This document shows, in pieces, positions 36,892 through 46,868 of a stretch of 64,000 nucleotides of DNA. The DNA lies in the NCBI GenBank assembly GCA_946499835.1, contig CAMMTJ010000003.1, positions 55,460 to 119,459 on the forward strand. The letters are read 5' to 3'. A program made the position numbers and the translations under genes. This stretch comes from an uncultured Bacillota bacterium (GTDB taxonomy: Bacteria > Bacillota > Clostridia > Christensenellales > UBA1242). Every line of letters begins with the position of its first letter. The stretch's first letter is position 1. The notes under the pieces were generated by a model. That model made no database searches. It was not told the origin of the DNA and saw only the letters and a program-made list of their open reading frames with translations.

Positions 36892-36921
36892 TTGACTTGT
36901 TTTGCCAAATTTTGTTATTAT
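36892..36921 (+). promoter_or_regulatory. promoter of ruvCAB-queA with predicted leaderless start
   Basis: TTGACT (36892-36897), an 18-bp spacer, then TGt-TATTAT (36913-36921). The ruvC ATG at 36929 lies 8 nt after the hexamer and has no SD. Confidence 0.5.
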
Positions 36922-36928
36922 ATTTGTG

Positions 36929-37417
36929 ATGAAAATCCTTGGAATAGACCCTGGTTATGCAATCATTGGTTATGGCATCATTGATACCGAAAAACCAAAC
37001 ATGGTGATTGATTATGGGGCGATAACAACTCCAAAAGAACAATCTTTACCTCAAAGGCTTGATGCGATTGATGGCAGTTTGAAATTTCTGTTTGAAAAAT
37101 ACAAACCTGATGTCGTGGCTATTGAGGAACTTTTTTATTTCAAAAACCAAAAAACAGTTATTCAAGTGGCACAGGCAAGAGGGGTGATCATTCTCGCTTG
37201 TCAAAAGTATTGCGGAAACATTTATGAATACACGCCTCTGCAAATCAAACAAGCACTCACTGGTCACGGAAGGGCAGAAAAGGCACAGATTCAATATATG
37301 GTCAAAGCCATTTTGAATTTGCCTTGCATTCCAAAGCCTGATGATGCGGCAGATGCTCTTGCAGTTGCGATATGCCACAGTCAAACAAGCCCTCGTCTTA
37401 ACATGAATAGGGTATAA
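36929..37417 (+). CDS. ruvC: crossover junction endodeoxyribonuclease RuvC
   Basis: MKILGIDPGYAIIGYGII is the canonical N-terminus, and DAADALAVAICH is present near the C-terminus. Confidence 0.92.
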   Translation: MKILGIDPGYAIIGYGIIDTEKPNMVIDYGAITTPKEQSLPQRLDAIDGSLKFLFEKYKPDVVAIEELFYFKNQKTVIQVAQARGVIILACQKYCGNIYEYTPLQIKQALTGHGRAEKAQIQYMVKAILNLPCIPKPDDAADALAVAICHSQTSPRLNMNRV

Positions 37418-37433
37418 CTCAAAAGGAGAATAT

Positions 37434-38021
37434 ATGATTTCATTTTTGATAGGAACGATAGAAGATAAACAAGAAAACTCGTTGCTGCTCGATGTTGGTG
37501 GAGTAGGTTTTGAAATGTCAATTTCTTCAAACACATTTTCTGCTCTTCCAATGGTTGGAGAAAGTGTAAAAGTGCTTACATATATGTCAGTCAGAGAAGA
37601 TGATATTTCTCTCTATGGATTTTCTTCAAAAGAGGAAAAAGATCTCTTCATCAAACTTATATCAGTCAGTGGCATTGGCCCAAAAGTTGCCATTTCAATT
37701 CTGTCTGGACTCACATTAAACGCACTTTCAATCGCCATTGCAAACAAAGATGTCAAAATGCTTTCAAAAATAAAGGGGCTTGGTGCAAAGACGGCAGAGC
37801 GAATTTGTGTGGAACTTAAAGACAAAGTTTCTGCATTTCCACTTATTGATGGCAATCAGGCTGACGATTATGACGAAAGTGCTGTGCAAATGGCAACTGA
37901 CACACTTATTGCTCTTGGAATAAACAAATCAGAAGCATATATGCTTGCAAGAAGCAATGCAGGAGATAATGCCACTGCCGAAGAGATTATTGCAAAATCA
38001 TTGAGGGGGTATAGAGGATAA
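37434..38021 (+). CDS. ruvA: Holliday junction DNA helicase RuvA
   Basis: [11 protein letters not shown]-terminus and HhH motifs ([26 protein letters not shown]). Confidence 0.93.
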   Translation: MISFLIGTIEDKQENSLLLDVGGVGFEMSISSNTFSALPMVGESVKVLTYMSVREDDISLYGFSSKEEKDLFIKLISVSGIGPKVAISILSGLTLNALSIAIANKDVKMLSKIKGLGAKTAERICVELKDKVSAFPLIDGNQADDYDESAVQMATDTLIALGINKSEAYMLARSNAGDNATAEEIIAKSLRGYRG

Positions 38022-39025
38022 TGGATGACAGATTTATCACAAGCACAAAAAATTTGACGGATGCTGAAATTGAAAATTCTCTAAGACCTAATAGTTTTGA
38101 TGAATATATTGGACAAACAAAAGTTAAAGAGGCACTTACTGTCTATATCAAAGCAGCGAAATCAAGAAAAGAAAGCCTTGACCATGTTCTTCTCTATGGA
38201 CCACCTGGACTTGGAAAAACAACTCTTTCACATATCATTGCAAATGAACTTGGAGCACAATTCAAAGTTACCTCAGGGCCAGCCATCGAACATGCCGCCG
38301 ACCTTGCTGCAATCCTTACAAACTTAAATCAAAATGATGTGCTTTTCATTGATGAGATACATAGACTTAACAAATCAGTGGAAGAAATTCTCTATCCTGC
38401 TATGGAAGACTTTGCACTTGACTTTATTGTGGGCAAAGGTCCTTCTGCAAGAAATATGAGACTTAAAATAAAACCTTTTACTCTCATTGGTGCAACAACA
38501 AGGGCAGGTATGCTGACAAATCCATTGCGTGACCGTTTTGGCGTAATTTGCAGGCTTGAACTTTATTCCACCGATGACCTAAAAGTGATTGTAAAGCGTT
38601 CGGCTGGCATTCTTGGTTGTGAAATTGATGATGATGCAAGTGTGGAGATTGCAAAAAGGTCGAGAGGCACACCACGTATTGCAAACAGACTTCTCAAACG
38701 CATAAGAGATTATGCAGAAGTGCAGGGACAAGGTAAAATCACAAAGGATATTGCTGACAAAACTCTTGATATAATGGAAATTGACGACCTTGGTCTTGAC
38801 AATATCGACAGAAAGATTATGCTTTCAATAATAAATAAGTTTGGTGGTGGCCCAGTTGGACTTGAAACTTTGGCTGCCACAATCAGTGAAGATGCCACAA
38901 CAATAGAAGACGTATATGAGCCATATCTATTGCAACTTGGCTTTATTGCAAGGACGCCAAGGGGAAGAGTTGCAATGCCACCAGCATACGAACATTTGAA
39001 GATAACACCTCCGGAGAAAGACTGA
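38021..39025 (+). CDS. ruvB: Holliday junction DNA helicase RuvB
   Basis: [12 protein letters not shown], Walker [11 protein letters not shown], Walker B FIDEIHRL and the [10 protein letters not shown] motif. Confidence 0.95.
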   Translation: MDDRFITSTKNLTDAEIENSLRPNSFDEYIGQTKVKEALTVYIKAAKSRKESLDHVLLYGPPGLGKTTLSHIIANELGAQFKVTSGPAIEHAADLAAILTNLNQNDVLFIDEIHRLNKSVEEILYPAMEDFALDFIVGKGPSARNMRLKIKPFTLIGATTRAGMLTNPLRDRFGVICRLELYSTDDLKVIVKRSAGILGCEIDDDASVEIAKRSRGTPRIANRLLKRIRDYAEVQGQGKITKDIADKTLDIMEIDDLGLDNIDRKIMLSIINKFGGGPVGLETLAATISEDATTIEDVYEPYLLQLGFIARTPRGRVAMPPAYEHLKITPPEKD

Positions 39026-40068
39026 TGGAACAAATAGATGAAAAACTTCTTCATAGATCAACATATTTTTATGACTTACCAGAAGAACTGATTGCACAAA
39101 CTCCGATTGAACCACGAGATATGTCACGCCTCTTGGTTTACAATCGCAAAACAGATAAAATTGAAGACAAAATTTTCCGTGATATAACAGACTATCTTCA
39201 CAAAGGTGATGTGCTTGTCGTCAACAACACACGAGTGCTTCCGGCAAGACTGTTTGGCTATAAAGATACAGGTGCAAAGATAGAGGTTTTGCTCCAAAAA
39301 CGAATAGATTTGAAAAATTGGGAAGTCATTGCAAGACCGTTCAAGAGACTTCAAGAAGGCACAAAAATCACTTTCAGTCAAAACTTGTCTGCAATCGTTG
39401 TTGAAAAAGGTGATTATGGCTCTTGCAAAATCAAATTTGACTTTGACGGAGTCTTTGAACATCGTTTGAGCGAAGTAGGGCAAGTGCCATTGCCACCATA
39501 TATTCATGAGAAACTTAAAAACAAAGAGCGATACCAAACAGTATACGCAAAGATTGAAGGCTCATCAGCAGCACCAACGGCAGGGCTTCATTTCACAAAA
39601 GAATTGCTTGCAAAAATCAAAGATATGGGCGTTGAAATAATAGAAGTGCTCCTGCACGTAGGTCTTGGCACTTTCAGACCTGTCAAAGAAGAAAATATAT
39701 TAGAGCACCAAATGCACAGCGAATATATCGAAATGAGCAAAGAAAATGCTGATATTTTGAACAAGGCAAAAAGAGATGGCAGACGCATAATTGCTGTCGG
39801 CACAACGTCTGTGCGTGTGCTTGAAAGTTGCGTAGATGAAGAGGGGAAGATAATACCACAAAAGAAGGAAACACAAATTTTCATTTATCCTTCTTATAAA
39901 TTCAAAGTGGTTGACGCTCTTATCACCAACTTCCACTTGCCAGAATCAACACTTATCATGCTTGTTTCTGCATTTGCTGGCTATGAAAACACAATGAAAA
40001 TTTATCATCATGCAGTTGAAAATCGATACCGATTTTTCAGTTTTGGTGATGCTATGTTTATTGAATAA
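39025..40068 (+). CDS. queA: S-adenosylmethionine:tRNA ribosyltransferase-isomerase
   Basis: [23 protein letters not shown] and [11 protein letters not shown] motifs. Confidence 0.95.
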   Translation: MEQIDEKLLHRSTYFYDLPEELIAQTPIEPRDMSRLLVYNRKTDKIEDKIFRDITDYLHKGDVLVVNNTRVLPARLFGYKDTGAKIEVLLQKRIDLKNWEVIARPFKRLQEGTKITFSQNLSAIVVEKGDYGSCKIKFDFDGVFEHRLSEVGQVPLPPYIHEKLKNKERYQTVYAKIEGSSAAPTAGLHFTKELLAKIKDMGVEIIEVLLHVGLGTFRPVKEENILEHQMHSEYIEMSKENADILNKAKRDGRRIIAVGTTSVRVLESCVDEEGKIIPQKKETQIFIYPSYKFKVVDALITNFHLPESTLIMLVSAFAGYENTMKIYHHAVENRYRFFSFGDAMFIE

Positions 40069-40123
40069 ACTGCATACTAGCACAAATTGTTGTATGTATG
40101 CAAACATAAATGACACAATATAA

Positions 40124-41260
<1,137 letters not shown>

Positions 41261-41295
41261 GTGTTTTTTTCTTAAAAATCATCTTTTATAAACAT

Positions 41296-41335
41296 GGGAT
41301 ACTTAGGCAATTTTATGCGAGGTATCCCTTTTTTG
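41296..41335 (+). terminator. rho-independent terminator after tgt
   Basis: Stem GGGATAC (41296-41302) pairs with GTATCCC (41322-41328) and is followed by T6. Confidence 0.65.
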
Positions 41336-41437
41336 CAAATATTGTGTTTTGCTTTCGTTTTGTTTGACTTGTACTATAATTTTAATTTATAATTAAAGAG
41401 TAGAAATATTGTTTTCTACAATAAAAGGGGTAACATT

Positions 41438-43027
41438 ATGAGCAGTATAAGTATGTTATGCAATGCTGCTGTAACCGCTGGTGTTGTAACTGGAATTATA
41501 GCCCTAATTCTTGGCGCCGTTTTAGGTATTATTATTTTCAGACTTATAACAAACAAAAAAATCGATAAAAGCAAATCAAATGCTGTAAAGATTATTGAAG
41601 AGGCGTATGCAGAGGCAAAAAGCATAAAAAAAGAATCTATGCTTGAAGCCAAAGAAGAGGCTCAAAAAATTAGAGATGAGGCAAATTCAGAGGCAAAAGA
41701 GCGTAGAGGAGAAATTCAAAAACAAGAAGAACGACTTGACCAACGAGAAGATTATGTTTCAAAAAGAGAGCAAACAGTTGAAAACAAACTTGCTCAAATA
41801 GAATCTGACAGAGAAAAGTTGGAAGAGGAGAAAACAAAACTTACTTCACAAATTGAAGAACAGAAAAAAATAAAAGAAGACATGCTCACCGAACTTGAAA
41901 AAATTTCTGGCATGAGCAAAAAAGACGCAAAAGACCTTCTCATTCAAAATGTAACAGAGGAAGCAAAAAAAGACGCCGGCATCCTTGTGAAACGTATTGA
42001 AGATGAGGCAAGAGAAAACGCAGAAAAAACAGCACGAGAAATTGTGGTGGGCGCTATTCAAAAATGTGCAACCGAAATTTCAAGTGAAATGACAATCACT
42101 TCTGTTCCACTTCCAAACGATGATATGAAGGGGAGAATTATTGGAAGAGAAGGAAGAAACATTCGTTCTATCGAAAGCATGACTGGTGTTGAACTTATTG
42201 TCGATGACACTCCTGAGACCATCACAATTTCAAGTTTTGATCCTGTTCGAAGAGAAATCGCAAGACTTAGTCTTGAAAAACTTATTGTAGATGGAAGAAT
42301 TCACCCAGCAAGAATAGAAGAAGTTGTTGAAAAAGCAACAAAAGAAGTCGATAGAGCAACAAAAGAAGCAGGCGAGGATGCTTGCAACAAAGTTGGCATA
42401 TTCAATTTGCACCCAGAACTTGTCAAGATTATGGGCAGACTTAAATTTAGAACAAGTTATGGACAAAATTGTCTTACCCACAGCATAGAAACATCAATTA
42501 TTGCAGGGCTTTTGGCAACCGAACTTGGAGCCGATGTCAATATCGCAAAACGTGGCGGTTTCTTGCATGATATAGGCAAAGCACTTGATCATGAAGTTGA
42601 AGGAACTCATGTCAGCATCGGTGTTGATCTTGCAAAGAAATATAAAGAAAGCCCAGCAGTCATTCACTGCATTGAAGCACATCATGGAAATGTTCCTTTC
42701 CAAAGCATTGAAGCAATTATTGTCCAAGTGGCAGACGCAATTTCAAGCACAAGACCTGGTGCAAGAAGAGAGAGTTTTGAAAATTATATCAAACGCTTGC
42801 AACAACTTGAAGAGATTGCAAACTCATTCAAAGGCGTTGAAAAATCTTACGCAATTCAAGCGGGAAGAGAAGTGCGCATAATTGTTAAGCCAGAAGAGAT
42901 CAGCGACAACGATGCAATGTTTATGGCAAAAGATATCGCAAAGAGAATTGAAAATGAAATGCAATATCCAGGACAAATCAAAATCAATGTCATAAGAGAA
43001 TCTCGTTTCAGCGATGTGGCAAAATAA
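41438..43027 (+). CDS. rny: ribonuclease Y
   Basis: N-terminal TM helix, a coiled-coil, a KH domain (GRIIGREGRNIRSIE) and an HD domain (LHDIGKA). Confidence 0.95.
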   Translation: MSSISMLCNAAVTAGVVTGIIALILGAVLGIIIFRLITNKKIDKSKSNAVKIIEEAYAEAKSIKKESMLEAKEEAQKIRDEANSEAKERRGEIQKQEERLDQREDYVSKREQTVENKLAQIESDREKLEEEKTKLTSQIEEQKKIKEDMLTELEKISGMSKKDAKDLLIQNVTEEAKKDAGILVKRIEDEARENAEKTAREIVVGAIQKCATEISSEMTITSVPLPNDDMKGRIIGREGRNIRSIESMTGVELIVDDTPETITISSFDPVRREIARLSLEKLIVDGRIHPARIEEVVEKATKEVDRATKEAGEDACNKVGIFNLHPELVKIMGRLKFRTSYGQNCLTHSIETSIIAGLLATELGADVNIAKRGGFLHDIGKALDHEVEGTHVSIGVDLAKKYKESPAVIHCIEAHHGNVPFQSIEAIIVQVADAISSTRPGARRESFENYIKRLQQLEEIANSFKGVEKSYAIQAGREVRIIVKPEEISDNDAMFMAKDIAKRIENEMQYPGQIKINVIRESRFSDVAK

Positions 43028-43033
43028 ACAAAT

Positions 43034-43064
43034 AAAAAGAGGCAAAATTTGTCTCTTTTTTTTG
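43034..43064 (+). terminator. rho-independent terminator after rny
   Basis: Stem AGAGGC (43038-43043) pairs with GTCTCT (43051-43056), is flanked by A and T runs, and is followed by T8. Confidence 0.7.
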
Positions 43065-43109
43065 TTACAAAAAAGCATAAATAGGAAAGGGAGAGAATAT
43101 TATGTTTAC

Positions 43110-43712
43110 ATGGAAAGCATAATGAATTTTTTCAGTGATCATTTTTATGATTTAGTCTGGCTCGCAACAATAATTGTGGCAATGATTCCCACGCTCGAAA
43201 GCAAAATCGCCATTCCTTTCGCAATGAGTGTAAGCGTGTGGGGTGATCTTGCTCTTCCTGCATGGCAAGCCTGCATTTTCGCATTTATAGGCTCAATGTT
43301 GCCAAGTTATTTTGCCTTGTTTTGCGGAAGAAAAATCAAAAAACACACAACAGGTTTTATATCTGAAAAGATTATGACCAGATATAGCGTCAAAACATCT
43401 TTGCTCGACAAACAACAAAACAATTTCAAAAAATATCTTCTTCTCGCAGGTTTCGTAGCTGTTCCATTGCCTCTAACAGGCGTCTGGACGGGCAGTTTAA
43501 TTGCAGGACTGAGTTCTTTGAAAACTGGATACTCATTGCTCGCAATTATGATTGGCGCACTCATTTCTTGCATAGCCATAACTCTGCTTTGCACTCTGCT
43601 TGAAAATTCAATAGGTTATGTGCTTATAGTTTCAATTTTAATTGTTATCGCATTTTTGGTTGTTGATTTGCTAGGAATTATTTTCAAACAATTTAGAAAA
43701 AAACGTGCTTAA
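43110..43712 (+). CDS. small multidrug export protein family (COG2426-like) membrane protein
   Basis: Pattern PTLESKIAIPFA...VPLPLTGVWTGSLIA is typical of this family. The start is uncertain: 43110 or 43122 (see the uORF finding). Confidence 0.7.
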   Translation: MESIMNFFSDHFYDLVWLATIIVAMIPTLESKIAIPFAMSVSVWGDLALPAWQACIFAFIGSMLPSYFALFCGRKIKKHTTGFISEKIMTRYSVKTSLLDKQQNNFKKYLLLAGFVAVPLPLTGVWTGSLIAGLSSLKTGYSLLAIMIGALISCIAITLLCTLLENSIGYVLIVSILIVIAFLVVDLLGIIFKQFRKKRA

Positions 43713-43742
43713 AAAAAGTCCCTTTTGAAGGGGCTTCTTTTT
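43711..43742. terminator. bidirectional terminator between convergent genes
   Basis: 7-bp stem GTCCCTT (43718-43724) pairs with AAGGGGC (43728-43734), flanked by an A7 run on one side and a T-rich run on the other. Confidence 0.6.
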
Positions 43743-45342
43743 ATTTCCAATATTTTATCAAAATGTATCTCTTTATGTAATATCTCAAAGGAAGCAAAAT
43801 CAAAGTTACTCCAATAGGAAGAATAAGCGTTGTTGCGTAAAGAGAAAAGTTTTCACTGTTCATACCAAAGGCGAAATTAAGACCAATAACAACACCGCAA
43901 ACAAGGGCTGTCATAAGCCAAACAAGCCACTGACTTTTCATAGGTGCTGGCTCCCAACTTGTGTATTTTGCATTGTTGTATGCTTTGACTGCAACATCAA
44001 TTAAGTATAGCAAAGGCAACACAATATACAAGAAAGTTGTTGAGGTGTTCAAATTGTTTGTTGAATATAAAATTGCAAACAAGACTGCTGAGAAGACTGC
44101 AAGTCCCAAGAAGGTGAACAGGGTGGTGATAAGCATAAGTTTGTTTGTGTTGTGACTTATCTTTGACTTTTCTTTTGAATAAGATTTGAAAGAAAGGTTT
44201 TGTTTTTTGTAATATTGAGACAAATCTTCATAGTCTAGCATATAGTTTTCGCTTTGCTCATCTTCACTTGCTCGGCTCTTTGAATAAATCCTAGAAATAA
44301 TTTCCTTGTGAGATGGATCAATATTGATGTCACGCTTTGGAGCAGGGAGTTTTTGCTCTCTTTGTGAAATTGGCTCAATTTTAAGTCTAGGAGGCTCAAT
44401 CATTTTAGCTCTGCCAATACTGTTTGAAGAAACACGCTCAGTAATAAGCACACCGTCATCCGGCTTCTCTTCAATGTGGCTTTCTTCTTGTCTGTCTCTG
44501 TTCATTCTAAAAGCAAATTGTTCATCAGTGAGACGAGAAGAGTATTTTGCCTTGTTTTCAAGCAGTGAATTTTTGAACTCTTCCACCTTTGCTTTTGTTT
44601 TTTCATCAGAAACTTGAAGTGGATCTTCTGGCGCAGTCATAGCAATTTGATCTTCTGCAAAACTTCTCTTTTTGCGATAACGTGTCATATCTTTTGAAAT
44701 ATCATAAAGTCTCTTGTTGTATTGTTCTGCTTGCAGGCGATCTTCTTCGCCCAAAACAACTGCATCACTCTTTGCATTTGTTTCCTCTTTTTCAGGCAAT
44801 TCTGTATCCCTTTGTGATGCGGTGATAGGGGAAGGTTCGCTCTGTCTCACTTCTTCAATAGGTTCTTCCTTAATATTTTGCTCTGCAAATTGATCCTGAG
44901 AGGCACTTTCTTCTTGTTTCGCAGGAGATTCACTAAGTGATGAAAAATCAAAGAAATCACTATTCTCTTGCTCTGTCTCATCTTGCTCTTGGAGAGCAGT
45001 CTCATTATTTTGAGAAGGTTTTTCTTCTGCGTTAAAATCTCTAAAAACATTGAAATGATTGCGTTCAAACTCTTCTTTAAGTTCTTGATACACAGTGCGT
45101 CCTTTTTCAGTTATACTGTAATATCTTCTGTTTGGGCCAAGTTCACTGCTTTGCATATAAGAAGAAACCAGCCCTTGTTTTTCCATTCTGGTTAAGTTTG
45201 AATAAACACTTGGTTTTTTCAGGTCTATGTTGCCATTTGAACGTGTTTTAATCTCTGTGATTATGTCAAGACCGTAAAAATCACGTTCTAGCAGGCAATT
45301 TAATATTAAAAATGATAGTTGACCTTTTGCATAAATCTCCAT
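43741..45342 (-). CDS. membrane-anchored PadR-family regulator: N-terminal PadR winged helix, ~300-aa acidic disordered linker, C-terminal 4-TM domain
   Basis: The N-terminus LSFLILNCLLERDFYGLDIITEI...SVYSNLTRMEKQGLVSS...RRYYSITEKG is a PadR-type wHTH. Four hydrophobic helices fall in the last ~150 aa. SD GAGGGA is present. Confidence 0.8.
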   Translation of the reverse strand: MEIYAKGQLSFLILNCLLERDFYGLDIITEIKTRSNGNIDLKKPSVYSNLTRMEKQGLVSSYMQSSELGPNRRYYSITEKGRTVYQELKEEFERNHFNVFRDFNAEEKPSQNNETALQEQDETEQENSDFFDFSSLSESPAKQEESASQDQFAEQNIKEEPIEEVRQSEPSPITASQRDTELPEKEETNAKSDAVVLGEEDRLQAEQYNKRLYDISKDMTRYRKKRSFAEDQIAMTAPEDPLQVSDEKTKAKVEEFKNSLLENKAKYSSRLTDEQFAFRMNRDRQEESHIEEKPDDGVLITERVSSNSIGRAKMIEPPRLKIEPISQREQKLPAPKRDINIDPSHKEIISRIYSKSRASEDEQSENYMLDYEDLSQYYKKQNLSFKSYSKEKSKISHNTNKLMLITTLFTFLGLAVFSAVLFAILYSTNNLNTSTTFLYIVLPLLYLIDVAVKAYNNAKYTSWEPAPMKSQWLVWLMTALVCGVVIGLNFAFGMNSENFSLYATTLILPIGVTLILLPLRYYIKRYILIKYWK

Positions 45343-45360
45343 AGTTTTCCCTCATAATTG

Positions 45361-45390
45361 ATTATACGACATAAAAGAAAGGCAAGTCAA
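45361..45390 (-). promoter_or_regulatory. promoter of the PadR-fusion gene
   Basis: On the minus strand: TTGACT (45390-45385), an 18-bp spacer, then TATAAT (45366-45361). Confidence 0.5.
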
Positions 45391-45423
45391 ATGAAATAAC
45401 TTAATTTATAAATAAATTAAAAA

Positions 45424-45448
45424 CACTAGTATGCACGACATACTAGTG
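45424..45448. promoter_or_regulatory. perfect 10-bp inverted repeat, candidate operator in the divergent promoter region
   Basis: CACTAGTATG-cacga-CATACTAGTG. It lies 8 bp upstream of the -35 of the DUF45 gene and 34 bp upstream of the -35 of the PadR gene. Confidence 0.5.
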
Positions 45449-45455
45449 GAAAAAC

Positions 45456-45484
45456 TTGCAATAGTTTTCCAAAAATGATATAAT
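45456..45484 (+). promoter_or_regulatory. promoter with predicted leaderless start for the DUF45 peptidase gene
   Basis: TTGCAA (45456-45461), a 17-bp spacer, then TGa-TATAAT (45476-45484). The ATG at 45491 is exactly 7 nt after the hexamer and has no SD. Confidence 0.55.
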
Positions 45485-45490
45485 ATAGTT

Positions 45491-46102
45491 ATGAAAATTA
45501 TAAGATCAAAAAGGCGAACAGTGAGTTTGTCAGTTGGCAATGATGGGGAAATCATCGTTCGAGCACCAAAAACTTATCCAGACGAAAAAATTGCAAAGTT
45601 CGTAGAGGAAAAGAGTGGGTGGATAGAACGCCAAAGAAACAAACTCTCAAAAATGAAAGCCTTTGAACAACAATTTGACTTTGAAAACAAGATTTACATA
45701 TTGGGAGAGGAGTGCAGTCCTGCTCAATTTGATATGTCTATGCTCACATTAAATAAAGTTGAACTAAAAAAAGAGATTGAAAAAATATATGAAACCTATT
45801 CCAATGAAGTTCTGCCTGAGATTGCCAAAGAAGTGATAGACAAAACCGGTCTTAAATGCAACAGTATCAAACTCACCAAATCAAAAAGGGTGTGGGGGAG
45901 TTTTGATAGGCAATACAACATGAAACTCAATCACAAATTGATTGTTTTGCCAAGAGAAATTGTCGTCTATGTGGTGATTCATGAACTTTGCCATGGGCTT
46001 CAACTCAATCATTCGCCAAAATTCTGGGCAAATGTCAAATCGTTTTGTCCAAACTATAAAAAACTTAGAAATGCTCTCAAAATGTATGCTTTTCTTTTAT
46101 AA
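45491..46102 (+). CDS. YgjP-like zinc metallopeptidase/hydrolase (DUF45, M48 superfamily)
   Basis: N-terminus IIRSKRRTVSLSV...IIVRAP, and C-terminal HExxH block VVIHELCHGLQLNHSPKFW. Confidence 0.8.
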   Translation: MKIIRSKRRTVSLSVGNDGEIIVRAPKTYPDEKIAKFVEEKSGWIERQRNKLSKMKAFEQQFDFENKIYILGEECSPAQFDMSMLTLNKVELKKEIEKIYETYSNEVLPEIAKEVIDKTGLKCNSIKLTKSKRVWGSFDRQYNMKLNHKLIVLPREIVVYVVIHELCHGLQLNHSPKFWANVKSFCPNYKKLRNALKMYAFLL

Positions 46103-46111
46103 AAACAAAAT

Positions 46112-46138
46112 GGCCACAAAAATGTGGTCTTTTTTTTA
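46112..46138 (+). terminator. rho-independent terminator after the DUF45 gene
   Basis: Stem GGCCACA (46112-46118) pairs with TGTGGTC (46123-46129) and is followed by T8. Confidence 0.8.
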
Positions 46139-46509
46139 ATTAGTTTTTTTTAACCATTTTATCAAAGACGCCTTCATAATAGAGGGTGATACAAGAGGAT
46201 TTATGGCAAGATAAGAGGGTGGCGTCCTGCTATCCTTAGTCTCAAAATAAATTTTCCAACAAATCGTAGTAAAAAATAGGGGAGTTTTCAAGTAGGGAAA
46301 AGAGGAGTGAAGCATTTTAAGAGTTGTTTTATAGAGTTTTGTTAGAAGAGAGAGTTAAAAAAATGCTGTGAGGAGAAGAAATAAAATATAAAGAGGATGT
46401 CTCATTAAAAAAGAGGAAAAGGGGCTCCATTTGAGAGCAAATTGGGAATAGAAAAGATAAGAGGGAAGCCTTTTTTAATGAAAAATTCCACAAATTTCTA
46501 CGCTTATAT

Positions 46510-46539
46510 CTATGCGTAAAAGACAGGTTTTACGCATAG
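46510..46539. repeat. perfect 12-bp inverted repeat with a 6-nt spacer
   Basis: CTATGCGTAAAA (46510-46521) - gacagg - TTTTACGCATAG (46528-46539). The 5' arm overlaps the stop of a 13-codon mini-ORF (46478-46519). Confidence 0.8.
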
Positions 46540-46837
46540 AAAGGCGCATACTAGCGTTAAAATAGCGACTATTTTGTTATTTTTTTATAATTTATTTTTT
46601 ATTATGTTTTTTATATTTTATTTTAGATTCTGTATATAACTTATTTACTTATCTATCAAATTTGCATACTAGTTCTTTATAAAATTCAAACAATACCTTA
46701 TCATTTTTGCTGATTGTTTATCTTTCTTCATTTTGAAAGCAAACTGGAAAATTGTATTCTAAAAGAGATTGAAATTTACAAGTAATTATTCAAAGTCAAT
46801 ATTGAGAATCGATTTGAACGCGTTTTAGAGACGCTTT

Positions 46838-46868
46838 ATAAAAAAAATTTGGAAGAAATTCTCCCAAA
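46838..46868 (-). terminator. candidate terminator after the 321-aa gene
   Basis: On the minus strand: GGGAGA-att-TCTTCC hairpin (46865-46851) followed by AAATTTTTTTT. Confidence 0.45.

Larger units (their letters stand above)
46139..46868. other. 730-bp ORF-free spacer between convergent genes: a purine-rich left half and an extremely AT-rich right half
   Basis: The ORF track has no ORF of 60 aa or more here on either strand, and stops are frequent in all frames. Contains the repeats and hairpins listed separately. Confidence 0.7.

Noticed and set aside
36885-36900. An exact 16-nt repeat GTTTTGTTTGACTTGT upstream of ruvC, also present upstream of rny (41357-41372).
   Set aside because: Both copies contain a TTGACT -35 hexamer with a T-rich upstream flank. 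One 16-mer coincidence is about what is expected in 64 kb of AT-rich DNA. It is most simply explained as promoter similarity, not a mobile or regulatory repeat.
46413-46440. GAGGAAAAGGGGCTCCAT resembles the RNase P RNA CR-I block (GAGGAAAGUCCGGGCUCCAU). AGGGTGA...TAAGAGGGTGG at 46183-46222 vaguely resembles the P10-12 blocks.
   Set aside because: The blocks are in the wrong order for a plus-strand RNase P RNA. The match lacks the GUCC core. I could find no CR-IV/CR-V (ACAGAA..., GGCUUA) elements or P1 pairing. It is most likely a chance match in a purine-rich tract. An Infernal scan would settle the question.
46560-46700. Search for a dif (XerCD) site in the AT-rich part of the spacer.
   Set aside because: Only a 7-nt match (ATTATGT) to the Firmicute dif consensus is present, and the flanking arms do not match. 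It is not reportable as a dif site.
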